Part shown: in pieces, positions 42,001 through 58,589 of the stretch
How the letters are laid out: each line of letters opens with the position of its first letter
Numbering within the stretch: position 1 is the stretch's first letter
Assembly: GCA_028534125.1 (NCBI GenBank)
Contig: CM052834.1
Location: 806,001-870,000 of the forward strand
Direction: 5' to 3'
Origin: Lama glama
Lineage: Eukaryota
Length of the DNA: 64,000 bases
Position numbers and translations under genes: made by a program
Notes under the pieces: model-generated
Told to the model about the DNA's origin: nothing
The model's input: only the letters and a program-made list of their open reading frames with translations
Databases searched by the model: none

Positions 42001-43534
42001 GTCCAGGGGTCTCCCGGTGAGTCAGCACGGCCTTGCTCTCAGGACGCTGCCGCCGCAGGGCGAATGGCGAGCGTGGACGTTACTGTTACAGCTAGACAGA
42101 CGGCTGATCTGACAGCTTCAATCACACAGAAACCGGTGAGAACAAAGGGAGAGGAGGGGAAGAAAGGCTTTGGAGAAGCCAAAATCAGCATCCCCAAATC
42201 CACCTTTAGGGCCGGTGCACTTCACTGCTAAGGGAGACCCACTGCTCCCACTCGGCACACGACCGGCTGCAAGGGTCTGCGGCCCGGCTCCAGGCCCACA
42301 GGCGCGGGCAGCGTGCCCCACGGGCGGGCCGGGGCCGGGGCCGGCTGACGCCCGCAGCGGCGGGCCCTGAGCATCACACGGGCCCTCCCGGACCCCAGCT
42401 CCGGGACCACACGTCCTCCGCTCCCCTCCCCACAAAGGCGTCACAGCCTCACAGCAGATCTCACACTTGAGATGCCCGAGGACAGTGCAGTCCCGGAAAA
42501 AGGATGAAATATGCCCCCAATTTTCTTGTAAGGATCCAAGGATTCGAATTTTATATTCTAGAAAGACTTTCCGCAAATATACTTAGGTTAAAAGGAGCTG
42601 GTACATGAAAGGGGTTCCATTACCTGCAGCGTGAAAGTATATATGGAACATTTCTCGCCCAAAATGAACACAAATGGATAAAAATGGAGCAAGAGGTGTC
42701 ACCTACTCAGACTTCAAAGCCGCGTCCCTCTCACCCTGTCCTCGGGCAAGTGCAGAGCAGGCCAGGCCTCCTCCTCTGAAACCTCGAGGGAGGGGCACCC
42801 CGCACTCAGAGCTGCGCCCGCGGGTGACGCGGCCTCCGTGCGGGACCCTCCGTCCACCGGAGAGCCCGGCCCCTGCCGCACTGGCCTCCCCACACCCCGT
42901 CCTCTCTCCTGAGGGCAGCGGGCCTGGGGGCGGGTGGTTCTAAACCTCGCGCTGTCTGTGAGGGTGGCGGTGGGAGGGTCACAGCCCCCACGCAGCCCAG
43001 GGAGCCCTGGACACCTCCGCACCCGGCGGCAGCTGTCCCGTGACGTGGAGGACACACGCCTGCACCCACAGCACAGCGTCGTCTGCGTTTCGAGGGCAGA
43101 GCGTCTCCCTTCTCCGAGCGGCACTGTCCTCACCCGGGAAGCGGGAGGGCCAGAGGACGTCTCGCGGGGTTACTGAGACGCTTCAGGCCCTTGGGCAGCG
43201 TCCGCACCCGGAGCCAGCACGTGAGCCCACGGTCACCGAGTTAGAGCTCCAAGTCCTGCAGCGCGTGACCCGTGTGCCTTTGGCGGCCTCGGCTGTGCCC
43301 AGTTTACCTGCCAGAGAACCAAGCTGATCCTTTAAAATGCCAGCGACTGCCGTTAGGGTGTTTAACCCCGGAGACCTCTCCGCACTGCGCCTCCTGGGCC
43401 CTGAAGCTTCCGGAGAACAGGGCGAAGCCTCACCCTCACACAGCCCCGCGTCCGTGCGGCGCTCGGCCCTCAGCCAGCAGTCACTGCGCTCCTGCGGCCT
43501 CAAGGGGCGCCGTCTGGCGGGGCGCGTCCTCCCC

Positions 43535-43640
43535 CTCCACTCGCTCAACAAGCGTTTATCGAGGGCCTGACGAGCACCAGTCCCCGCAGGAGGCACCGGG
43601 TCCGAGCAGCCGTCCAGAGGGATACATCCTCTGCCCTCAA
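43535..43640 (-). mobile_element. L2 3' end fragment
   Basis: cactcgctcaacaagcgtttatcgagggcc, a diverged form of cattcattcaacaaatatttattgagcacc. Confidence 0.55.
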
Positions 43641-45680
43641 GTAAACAAGTAAACAGATATGGTGACTCACTGTCGTGGACATTAGAGGCCGTGCTTGCCA
43701 AGCGCTGGCGCCTGGTGGCCGCGCCGCAGAGGGACTCACTGTGACTGAGCAGGCGTCACGGCCCCACCGCCAGCAGACACACAACAGAAAGGTTCAGAGA
43801 GTGACGGGGGCCACGCAGCCCAGGCCTCTCCTCCCCGGTCAGCGCCTGCAGCCCCGGCCCCAGAACGGCTTTCAGGTCACACCCTCGCCCAGGTCCCAGC
43901 CGGACCCCGGGAGGGGGGGAGGGGGGAGGGGGGCCCACCCTCCACCCTCCACCCTCCACCGAAACCCCTTCCCCCGGCCCTACGTCAGGCTGACTCTCCC
44001 CTCAGGAGGCAGACTGAGCCCCGCGCCTCCCACCCCGCAGCCCATGCATGGCGCGGACCGGATTCCCTGGGACGCAAGAGCCACGTGGCTCCTCACCACG
44101 GTCAGTGTCTTGTGCGAGCCCAGGCCTGTGCAAAGTGTGAGTGTCTGGTGCATTAGGACAATGCCTGCCTGAGATCAGTTCTCCGACTCATCTCAGAGCT
44201 CGAGGGGCCCTCAGCCGTGGGGTGTCCCCTGCCGGGTGTGGCCTGGCTCCCGAGCTGTGACCAGGAGGGGCACGGGGTTGTCCCAGGCACAGTCACTGCG
44301 GGGCGGGGGCAGCCCCACAGCCACCAGGCCCCTCTGCTCCCCACCCCGTGCGGCGGGACCAGGAAGGTGACGCGGGGCTGACACGCCCATGTCCCAGGGT
44401 GGGGGCAGCTGCCAGAAGCAGGCCTTCTGGGTTTCCTCCCCAGCAAAGCTCTCCTGCGGGAACACTGGTGCGGCTCACCTCCGGGACCAGACAGAGGCGG
44501 CCCCCAGCCTCTGCTGAGAGCTCTCCAGGCAGCACACGCTGGACCGTGCGGACACTGCCCGGAGGGTCCACGGCCCCAACTCACCTCAACCCCAAGGCCA
44601 GCCGAGGTGGCCACTGTCACCCCCATTTCACAGCATAAATGGGAAACTGTGCACCCCGGCGTTCTTCCCAGCACTCAGCGCCCTCTCCCCTGACCCCAGC
44701 CCCACAGTAACCCCCCTCCCTCCACCTCTGGGGACAGCCTGGCCCTGGCTCCAGAAAGTACACAGCCCTGTTCTCCGCACAAGGTCAGATGCCAAATAGA
44801 TTCTCTTAACAGTTCAGCCCAAGCCAAGTCTGCGTGGGCCTCTGGGTTTGCAGAGCTGGGCGTTTTCCACGCACAGTGAGTCTGCTCCGTGGAAACGGAG
44901 CGGTTTACCTGCAGGGGAGCGGCTGCTGGGGCGGGGGTGGGTGTCAGAGCGCTATTATACAGGACACTCTGGGTGGCGGGTGGCAGGTGGCACTGCCCGT
45001 AACCGGACCGTGACGGATGCGGAGAGAAACGTCGCGTCAAGGGGCCAGTTCACATTTCAGTCTGCTCCGCCGGCACCAGGAAAGGAAACAAAGATGACAA
45101 ATTGGGGTGCAACCATGGATGTTAGACGGAGCACCAAACACACAGGCTTGGACTGAAATGATGAGGAAAAGGCCTATAACGGTTCCAGCCTCGGACATGT
45201 TCCACCACCTGGGAAGAGAAGACGGGGACGGGGGAAGAAAGTGAACAGGCGAGTCAGACGGGGGGCAGGGCTGCGGCTCGGAGGGGCTGCTCCCGCCAGC
45301 GTGCCAGCGCCTTTGCTGAACAAACAGGTCGTCCTTGGACCCCACGAGGGGCCCTGTCGGCAGTCGACGCGGCCCCCCTTTCTGTCTGGATCCTAAAGAG
45401 AGCCGTGGGGAGAGGGCGCGCTGGCGGGGACCCACTCCCAGGACCTCGGAGGTGCTGGTCGCTTTTCTCAGAGACCATCCAGTGAGCCCTGGCATCGCGG
45501 GGGGGGGTGGCATGAACACACCGACTCCCGGGCCCACCCGCACGCACAGACCGGGATGTGCGGGGCCTGGGGCTCTGCGTTCTGACTCCCAGCTGACCCT
45601 CACGCACCCACCGCGGCTGCAGAACCACCACTGAAGGCGCAGCAGCGCCTACTTCGCAGAGCAGGGCTCCAGAGACGCCC

Positions 45681-45913
45681 TTTCTCTTCTTCTTCTTTTT
45701 TTTTTTTTTTAATTGAAGGACAGTCAGTTACAATGTGTCGGTTTCCGGTGCACAGCGCAACGTCCCAGCCGTGGGTCTACATACATACATTCGTCTTCAT
45801 ATTCTTTTCCTTTAAAGGCTACAAGACACTGAGTAGAGCTCCCTGTGCTGTGCAGAAGAAACCCGCCTTTCATCTGTTTTGTATACAGCGGTTAACCTTT
45901 GCAAATCTCAAAC
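45681..45913 (-). mobile_element. 5'-truncated L1 3' end, camelid/cetartiodactyl-type
   Basis: Poly-T followed by aattgaaggacagtcagttacaatgtgtc...ccctgtgctgtgcagaagaaa...gcaaatctcaaac, resembling the recalled antisense 3' UTR of camelid L1. Confidence 0.8.
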
Positions 45914-47827
45914 ACGGCCCCTTCTTATTCAAACAAAAGCTATGCAAGCCGCGGGGGCGGGGGGGGCGGGTTCTCAAGCTTCATTGCAGGGGCTCGTAAA
46001 TGACCTGGGGACCACGTTCACGTGACGAGGCGAGTTTCAGTCAAGGCTCAGTAAACAGCCATCTGCACCTCCCGTTTCAGGGCCCTCAAGGCTGCAGACG
46101 TGGTCAGTGTCCCCTCCTCCCACGCTGAGCCCACGCTCAGCTCTCCTCACTGTCCAGCCTTGAGCTGCCAGAGAGACAGGTGTGAACCACCAGCCAGTGC
46201 CTCCTTTACGCTTAAACTCTGTTCTCTTAGCTTCTAGGACGCGGCTCTCCCCGATTTTCCCCTGACTGTCAGGCCAAGCGTCCCTGGGGCCGGGCGCGCC
46301 CCTCCCCTCACCTGCCCCGCCTCTCCCGCTGCACCTGCCGCAGGTGCTCGGCGCCAGGCCCGGGGCTCTTTCCACCCCCCCACCCCGTCTCTCCCCAGCA
46401 CAGCTGTCTCCAAGCTCCTGCCCCGCACCTGCCCCGTAGGACAAATCCACCTGCATTTGTAGGAGCTCCTCACTTAACCCCAAACTGCCCCCCTCGTCCC
46501 CTCCCCCTTAAATGTGACCTTTCTCCCCAAGTCTTTCTTCTGGCTGACGGCACCTACTGACCCACACTGCCCCCCAACAGGAGGAATTTTAGAAACTCAG
46601 CCTCCTGGGCCACGCCCTGGAACTCCAAACCCGAACCAGAGCTTCCAAAACACTGGCGTCTGTGCGGTTCAAGCTCTCCAGGCATTTACAACAGCCAAGA
46701 AGGGTCGGGAGTCACTGCCCTGCCCAGCGGCCGCGCTGGTACAGAGGATACCGGCCCAGCGTGGAGCTGGGGACAGAAGTCTAGGAACAATCTACACAGA
46801 AAGGGAATGAAAAATCGTGGAAGTGGCTGAGCTCACCAAGGGAGACAACGGAAAACCAGAAGGAGACGGGCAGGACAGAGCCCAGTCACAGATCCGCAGA
46901 CACAGGAAGGGGAGTCAGAGAGACGAGGCAGACCGGGAGCCAACTGTGCCCCAACCAAGGCGTGGGGGTCTTCCAAGGGGCACCGGACAACAGCTGTGCG
47001 GGGGGGGTCCTGACCACACTGCTGGCGCCCCTGCTCTCCTGCCCCATCAGCCAGCGTGGCTTCTGCTTGGCTGTTCGTTTCAGGGCTTTTCCTAGAGACC
47101 GTGGCCTTCCAGTCGGGGCCCTCACTGCCGCAGGGAAGGCACGGCCCAGGGGGTGCAGAAGATGAAGTCTGACGGTGGCTTCTGAGGTCCAGGGCAAAGG
47201 TCAGGTCACAGACGAGTCTGGAAGACCCCAGAGGAGTTTGCTGGGTGACCGCGACGCCACAAAGATCCTAAGACGGACTCAGGAGCACCAGTGAGAAGCA
47301 AACATGCGTGAGACCCCGGGTGCGTCCTGGAATCCGCAGCCCATCCCGCCCCCGCGGCCCCAGAGATGACCCAGAGAGCCTGACTGGGGAACAGGAGACC
47401 ACGCCGTCTGCACGCGCAGAGTCCAAGGCCTCCCGGGGGGTCCAGCGGGCGTGGAGCATGCCAAGGGGTGTCTGCCCCCCGGGCCAGTGACGCGGTGGCC
47501 CCGGGGAGACCCCAGAAGGAGCCACAAGCCCAGGGGACGGGCCGAGGCTGACACCACCGGGCCCAGCGGGGCCTCAGGTCAGATGCTATGTTCTGTTAGA
47601 GAAAGAAAAACAAGTCAGGTTTCTCCTCCTCCCGAGTTTGCCAGCTGAGACCCGTGTCTGCTGCACCCCGCGGACGGGGGCCGGGGCTCCGAGGGGGGAG
47701 CAGAGAGGAGCCGGCCGAGGAGGCGAAGGCAGACCCCGCCTCAGAAATGTCAGACTCAAAGCACGACCCTGTGTGTGTGCACACATCCCCGAAAGGCAGT
47801 TCAGGGACGGAGCCAGCGGAGCTGGGA

Positions 47828-47875
47828 AGTGTCTGTGTGTGTGTGTGCGTGCGCGTGTGTATGCGCGTGTGTGTA
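47828..47875 (+). repeat. (TG)n/(CG) microsatellite
   Basis: gtgtctgtgtgtgtgtgtgcgtgcgcgtgtgtatgcgcgtgtgtgta. Confidence 0.85.
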
Positions 47876-48169
47876 TTTAGGATGGAGGATACCCCCCATC
47901 TTCCCAGCATGCTTCCTTAATTCACAAAGTCACTGCCCAACCCACGGCTCGAGACAGGCAGCCACTGCCTTGGTAACTGCAACCCCCTTCAGGCCCCCAC
48001 GCTCTCCTCTGCACCCCCAGCTCCTACTGTAACCCCCACAAGTCCTGGCCATTCCTACCACCTCTCCCTCCACCCACGGCCCCGCCCCGCCCTGCCCCGC
48101 CAGTCACCTGAGAGGACAGAGCGACAGGCCGGGAAGCCTTGAGAGGCGTGGGCTGGCATGTGGCTGTCA

Positions 48170-48290
48170 CCCTTTTCTTCATATCAGCGTCACTGGGGTA
48201 CAATTCACACACCGTGAGATTCGCTCACTGTAAACACACGGCACACGGAAGTCCAAACCGTGCGACCAACAGCACCACCCAGTTTTAGAG
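48170..48290 (-). mobile_element. Old L1M (L1MB-like) 3' end fragment
   Basis: agcgtcactggggtacaattcacacaccgtgagattcgc...accacccagttttagag resembles the recalled consensus agctttattgagatataattcacataccataaaattcac...ttttagaac. Confidence 0.6.
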
Positions 48291-48350
48291 CGCAAGCGTC
48301 ACTCGGCGGAGCGACTTGAGCGCAAGCGTCACTCGGCGGAGCGATTTGAG
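48288..48350 (+). repeat. 30-bp tandem duplication (2 copies, 1 mismatch)
   Basis: gagcgcaagcgtcactcggcggagcgactt (48288-48317) and gagcgcaagcgtcactcggcggagcgattt (48318-48347), followed by gag. Confidence 0.95.
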
Positions 48351-49849
48351 AAACCACTGTCTCGCCACGTCTCTCTGCGCCCCTCTGCGCCCTCCGCGTC
48401 CCCCACCCCAGAGGACATCCCGGGACCCCGTGCTCTCCAGCCTGGAGGGGTGGGCCCTGCAAACCCCAGCCCGCCCAGCTCCCCCGGAGGCCCTGCTAAT
48501 CCTCCTGGGCTCTGGGGCCCAAGATGACAGCAGACCCCTCTGTGCTCCGGCCCAGAGTCGACCCAAAGCTTCACTGGCTTCCAGAGAAGACGAGGATTCT
48601 TTCTCCAAACTTTAGATTAAGTGTGAAGCTCCTTCGGGGAGGACAGGGTGGGGCGGGAGGTGACACTCGGGAAAGGAGAGACACCAACAGAGGCGGCCCT
48701 CCCAGGGGCCACGTGGGACACTCCTTTTGTATTTCTCTTGACACAGCGAAGCTTTCCTGACTGTTAAGGGACGCATTCACGCCTCCGAAGGCCACGTGGA
48801 CTCCGGTGGCCATGTCATCACTTGGCACAGGAGCCAGCTCCGGGCCTGACCCCACATGTGGCCCACGGGCGGCGGCCGCCACCTCACACCCCAAACATCG
48901 TCCAAGATGGAGCTGCAGCTCGTGTGAGAACCCGGCCACGAAGCCCCAGTGGGCGTCAGACGGACCTGCTGGTGGAGCCAAGGCAAAAGGGCAGCGGCCG
49001 AAGAGCAGGATAATTAATGGCCCCGCGATATTGCGAGAAGCCAGGGAAGCAGCAGGCGGCTCGGCTCCGCCCGCCTCCTCCAGGAACCATCTCATCGGAC
49101 GGTCCGGTCTCGCTTGCTAGAGGAAGGTGCTGGCGGCAGGAGAGGCGCTCTGTGGGGCTCCCGTGAGAGCCGTGGTGTCCTGGCAGCGGACGGCGGGGGA
49201 CAGGGCTTCCCTCAGCGCCGGCGGCCCCGCGCCCGGAGCGCCCGGCTGCGTTCCAGCGCTCCCTCCCCCATGCCCGACGGCGCGAAGGCCTCTGTGATGA
49301 CTTCACGCTCAGCCCAAAGTAAACACTCTCCACACTTTTTCCATGGACACATTCTAACCCAAACTGCCAGCCCTGGCCTCCCAACCAACCAGATGGAAAG
49401 CCACCGTCCCCAAGAACATAAAACCTTTCTAACCAAACAGTACGTCTCGGCTGCGAGACACACTTTCCTATAAGCTTCCTAGAAATTATTTATCGAGCAC
49501 CGAGGCTACAGATAACCCGAGCGACCCCTCCCTGCAGAACAAAGGCCCCGGAAACAGACGCCACAGATGACCCAGAACACTCGCTGACCCCGCAAACACC
49601 TGCCCTTGAGGGTGCCGCCCAGAACTCACACTCCTGGGCGCACACTCAGCTCACTGCCACCTGATCGCCATGCTCCTTCCGAACACAGGCCGAGAGACGA
49701 CAGGCGCTGACCTGAACAAAGCGCAGCAGAGCTGACACCCGGGCAGATGTCCGCACGCGCCAGACGCGCTCTCGCTCGGGCCCGCGTGACCCGCGCTCGG
49801 CCTCCCCCGACTTGGATGCAAAGGCAGACGCTCGCGACGGCGCACTTAC

Positions 49850-49955
49850 CAGGTTGGAATTGGTGGCGTTGGAGTCGTCTTCTGGGAAGGGGATGTAGAT
49901 GGCTAAGGCCACGCAATTGGCAAAAATCGTCAGCAAAATGATGATTTCAAATGGC
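49850..49955 (-). CDS. CACNA1C: CACNA1C coding exon 3 (106 nt): domain I S1 segment and S1-S2 loop
   Basis: Translates (K)[35 protein letters not shown]. Acceptor CCCCTTCCGCAG|G at 49956/49955, donor CTG|GTAAGT at 49850/49849. Joins exon 2 in frame (AA|G = Lys). Confidence 0.98.
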
Positions 49956-53760
<3,805 letters not shown>

Positions 53761-53894
53761 TTATGGGGAGGAAACAGGAGCGTCTGCGATACGTGCTGGA
53801 TCCCAGGCTCACAATTTTTAAAAAAATCTTATTTCCAACTACGGGAGGAGCCGGGGAGGCCACAGGGAAACATGAGTGTGTGATGCAGGGAGTG

Positions 53895-53990
53895 CACTCT
53901 GGTCCCAGCTCAGCCGTGTGACCTTGGACACGTCACTCCCCACCCCTCAGTCTCACTGCGTCACGTCAGGGGGACAAGACCGGAGATGGA
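53895..53990 (+). mobile_element. MIR SINE fragment
   Basis: tcccagctcagccgtgtgaccttggacacgtcac...cctcagtctc. Confidence 0.55.
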
Positions 53991-54378
53991 TGCGTTACGG
54001 CTCGTCTGGGCCTTGGAAACACAGGGAGAAGAAAAGGACGCAGAAAAAGATGAAGATGCAATGCAATACGTGTCAATTAAACACATATTTATAAGAAAAC
54101 ATACGAAGAGAGCAGAATGGCTGTCTGTGGAAGGAGGAGAGGACAATGAGACCAGGACACGGGGACAGACAGGAAGGAGGAATGAATGCGTGAGAGCCAC
54201 TGCAGGAATCAGGGCTGACAGACGGTGAATCGAAGGGTATAATTCACTCGAATCTCTGCACCTGAGTTCCAAAAACAAAAGAAAAACAAGGTGAAGGGGT
54301 TGAGCCAAAGCAAGGTCACCACCAGGTGCTTCAAACCCATCTGGCAACGAGCGCTGGGTGGATGGGGGGGTTCGGAGC

Positions 54379-54777
54379 TGTGATGGTTTTAAATCACGTC
54401 AGCAAATCATCTGACATCATCCCATTGAGAAACAGGATCTCTGCGCCCTCCTCCTGGAGTGGGGCTGGCCCTTGGTGACTGTTGTGAGCGAGAACGCACA
54501 GCAGCAGTGACAGCAGGCATGATCTCCAAGGCTAGGGTGGAGAACGCCACCCCAGCCCCGAGGCCGCCATGCTGTGAGGAAGCCCAGCCAGCCTATGCTG
54601 GGGGGTCCCAGGCAGCCCCCAGGGGCTCCAGTCACCAACTGACCACAACCCCATGACGGAACCCAAGCCAGAACCGCCCAGCAAGCCCATCCTGGATTCC
54701 TGGCCTGCAGAAACCCGGAGACAGCTCGGCGTCTGCAGCAGTAAAGCCGCCTGTTTGGCTGACTCACTGCGTAGCGT
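54379..54777 (+). mobile_element. MLT1F-like ERVL-MaLR solo LTR
   Basis: Begins tgtgatggttttaaa and contains gccgccatgctgtgaggaagccca, ccaagccagaaccgcccagc and gattcctggcctgcagaaac, all typical of MLT1F. Confidence 0.75.
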
Positions 54778-55329
54778 TTGGATGTGGGAAGGGCGCTGTG
54801 TGCAGCAGGAGGTGACCAGGTGGGGGAGAGGGACACAGGCAGGAATGAAGCCTGGGTAGGAACCTGTGGAATCCTGCAGAAGCGTCTGCACATCTCAGGT
54901 CTGAAGGCAACTGACACCTTCAGGACTGTCCCTACGACACCGCGCACACCTGGTGGGCTGGCCTCTGTCTGGTCGGCTGGAGCCTCACCCCAGGGATTCC
55001 AGATCCTACAGGGTTTACTAAGGGATGGGCTCAGCCGGGGCCCCAGGACAGACTGTGACCTTGGACTTGCCGGCTGGCCAGGTGCCACAAAATGCAGAGA
55101 ACAGGGTAATAAGCCTGTGGGCAGAGAGCCCGGCACCTGGACGCCACGTCTGTCACCCAGGAGACAGCGGCCAGAGCCAGACCAGCGGGCAAACATCACC
55201 TGCAAGCTGCTGGCCCAGACACACGGCCCCTTCCCCGCCCCACCGCAGCACACTGGGTCCGAGTGAGCACGCTGCCTCCCCGGCCACCTCTCCCCAGCTC
55301 TCATCTTGGGCTCATCCCTCTAGGTCTGA

Positions 55330-55620
55330 GCGTCAAGCTAACTTTTGCTCCCAGTGTGACTGGCTGTCTAGACCCTCTCACCCCCACTGCCACCCTGTCC
55401 CGCATGGGGGCCAGTTCAGAGCTCAGCACGTGACCCGGCTTAGCCACAGAGCCTGGAGCCACTCTGCCCTAGAGACAGACTGAAAACCACTGGGCACCTG
55501 CATCCAGCCATACCTGATGCCAGCCTTACCCTGAGCTTTCCGGTTCTATTCCTCAAGAAACTGCAGCTGACCTAAACTGGGTTTCTGTCCCCGGAAGCCA
55601 GAAGAGTCTTGACCAATACG
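55330..55620 (+). mobile_element. MLT1J/K-like LTR fragment
   Basis: gcacctgcatccagccatacctgatgcc...gggtttctgtc...agagtcttgaccaatac, an MLT1-type 3' end. Confidence 0.6.
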
Positions 55621-57397
55621 CTTGCTCAGTGCTACAAAGCTTGTACCTCCCTGGGCTGTCATTCCCACCAGATTCCAAAGTCTATGTCCTTCCGGTAATC
55701 ACACCAGTGACAGACGGCAAGTGTCCAGCCTTGTGCCAACTGATGGGCATGACTGTCCAAAACGCTGTACCTAAGGGTTCTGGGACTTTCCTGAGCGCAG
55801 CAGGGAGGCGAACGGTGATGGATCAGTGATGTCTACCAGGGGCACAAGAGGCCGAGAACGGCGTGACGGCTACACGTACCCCCCACGACACCACATAAGC
55901 ATCGCAGGTCCGCTCGGGTACCAGCTGGTCGGCTGCCCTCCTTGCCCTGACAGCTGCCTCCTGCGCCTTCACACCTGGCCCCGGTGGCGTCAGAGCCCCG
56001 TCCCCACTCCTCAGTTCACCGTCTCCTCCGCCTGGCACGGACTCCGCGTCAGCATCACTCCCTCCTCGGGCCCCCCCCACCCCAGCTGTGAGGCAGTGCC
56101 GCCCCCCCGCCCCTGGGGGAAGGGGTTCAGCCAGGACGGCAGGACCCCGGAGGTGCCTGCGCTGTCTCGTCTCTCGCACACTTGCTGCCGTCCTCTCTGC
56201 GCTCACCGGGTGGGTCTGAAGCACAAATCGAGGAAGACCCGCTAGGCCAGGCCTGCACCTTTCCCACGAGACCCGGGAAGCAAAGGCTGGAGGAGAGAAC
56301 CTGCCGTACCGAGGCACCTGCCCCCGGAGAGCAGCGCGCACATCTCCATCGCGTGGGAGAGCGGGGGACCGTGAAGGGAGAGGGCTCCGTGTCCACGCCT
56401 CCTGGGGCCTCGCACATGTGCCACCCGCACACGTGTGCACTCACATGTGGCCACAAGCGAAGCAGCTCCTCGGGGGTAACGGCCTGAGGTTGAAGGGGCT
56501 GCACTTCCGCCCCAAGAACACCCCTGATATCTGATGTGGTCTTCCCGGGACGGCACCCACCATGCCACCCACCGCAGGACAGAGGAGGGCGGACGCATCT
56601 CTTTCCATCTGCCACCCCGGACTGCCTGGGTGCAGTGGGCTCGTGTCTCACTGGGCTCACCAGCGAGGGCTGCGACTCTGAACTTCCCGTTGGATCTTCA
56701 ATGAATAACCTTCCTTCCTGACCCCCGTTTGGCATCGACGATGCTGACTGGCCTCCGCTGAGCTCCAGGACCCACTGATCCTCTCCTCTCACGGACATAA
56801 AAGCAGCCATGTCTCCACCCCGTGGGACCCTCCAGACCTCGACCCTCTCCTGACGACGAGGCCCCAACACCTCCTGCCCTCCTGCACGCTGTGGTCTTCA
56901 AACTCTCACCTTCGCCGGCCCCCCGGATGTTGCCCTAATCCCCTCACAGCCCAGACCCTCCCCAAACCAAGCAATGCCAGAGGTTTTGGGCAACGTCTGG
57001 GAAGAAGGCAGGAAGCAGTAGGCAAGCAGACACATCCTTCCCCCCGGAAAGGCCGGGATGGGAGCGTCCCGGGCGCCCCGAGGCATCAGGACCAGGGCTT
57101 CCAAGGGCAAGCGGTCGAGGGTCCACGGAGCAGAGAGGGGGTCTGAATGCCTTGTCTTGGGGGGCTGACTTCGGAGGACTCTGCGCTGGGGGTGACCTCA
57201 TTTATACCATGAACTGTTCCCAGGGCCCCAGGACCTCTCAGGAGTGCACCATCTGGAGAAAGCACATACGAACAAGCCCGTGGGGAGAAATGGAATGTCA
57301 GCCTATCCCAGCCAGAGGACAGGAAAACAGCCGGCAGTATTTCAGTCCCGGCACCCGAGCGCTGCTGCAGCCCCGTGACACCACGGAGGGCCTCGGG

Positions 57398-57524
57398 ACA
57401 CACACACACACGTGCACGCACACACGCACATGTACACACATGCATGCACATGCACACATGTGCATGCTCACGTGCACACACACGTACACGTGCACGCGCA
57501 TGTGCGCACACGTATGCGCACATG
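57398..57524 (+). repeat. Degenerate (CA)n alternating purine-pyrimidine tract
   Basis: acacacacacacgtgcacgcacacacgcacatgtacacacatgcatgc...tgcgcacatg. Confidence 0.9.
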
Positions 57525-58589
57525 GGGGAGAAAGGCGTGGCCCTCAGCCGGCCTCACCCAGGCTGCACCTCGAGGCCCAGCTCAGCCTCCCTTCCTCAAG
57601 TCACTGTCCCCCACCCACTGGGATGACCCCCCACCCAGACCCGGGGCTCCGTCAGGCCCCCAGGCCCCCCATGACAAGAGGGCGCAGTAATCCAAGAATC
57701 CCAGGGCTGGAAAAGCTCCATCTCAGGCCCCACATTAGTGGATCCGGAGCAGAGCCGTGGAGGAAGGGAAGCAGCACTGCGTCCCTGATGGCTCTGTTAG
57801 CGCGAAATAACCACCCGATGCAAAGAGACCAATTTTCAAATTATAAAGCTGATTCAAAGCTCTGTCTCCTGGCTGCCAGCTGAAAAGATGCCACCGGTTA
57901 AGTCTGCGCTGGCTCCTGCCTCCCTAGACTCTCCGCACTGAGGCTCCAGTCTCTGGACCAGCCCCGGGGCAGCAGCTCAGTGGCCCGGCCACACACACAC
58001 ACTAGTGGGTGCTCCCGGCGGGGCTCCTCCTCGTGCAGGACAAAGTGACGGCCACCTGTCACACAGCCCAGCCCCCCCGAAGACAGAGCAGGTTCCCCTC
58101 CTGCACACACAGCTGCTGCTGCTGCTCCAAGGGCCCAGGACGAGGCCAGGCCCCCAGGCATGTCAGCTCTGCAAGGGTCCTGCTCCCGGGATCTCCACGA
58201 GGGAGAGGGTGATGCTGGGACCTGGAGCCGTTCAGCTAAGAACGGCTGAGTTTTTCCTTAGTCCACCTCCATCGCCACACCTGGTCCAGGGCCACATCCC
58301 GAACCTACCCAGTATGTTTGCTACTGTAACATAATGTCGTGACAGCACATCGTGATATGGAGGACCTGGGAAACGGCGCTGGAATCCATCCACCCGTGCC
58401 TGAAAGGACATGCTTTTCCAGGCCCCCCTGCTTACTTCCTGGCCATGATGGTGGGGGAGCACTTCTGGGGAAGAGGCTGTGAGCAACGATTTCCACCTCC
58501 AAGGCCACCACCCCGGTCCAGGCCACCACCCCTCTGTCGCCTGCGATGCTGCAGGCGCCCCCGGCACCCGCCTCCCTTCTCTTGCCCAA

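Larger units (their letters stand above)
1..49849 (-). other. CACNA1C: CACNA1C intron 3, 5' portion (continues beyond window)
   Basis: Starts at the GTAAGT donor after exon 3. No exon-4-like translation (ERVEYLFLIIF...) occurs in the ORF track, consistent with the known very long intron 3. Confidence 0.9.

Noticed and set aside
48288-48350. CRISPR-like repeat
   Set aside because: Only two directly adjacent copies with no spacer, in mammalian DNA.
1-49849. Orthologues of human intron 3 psychiatric GWAS SNPs or CACNA1C lncRNAs
   Set aside because: They cannot be located without alignment, and from recall they lie further into intron 3 than this window probably reaches.
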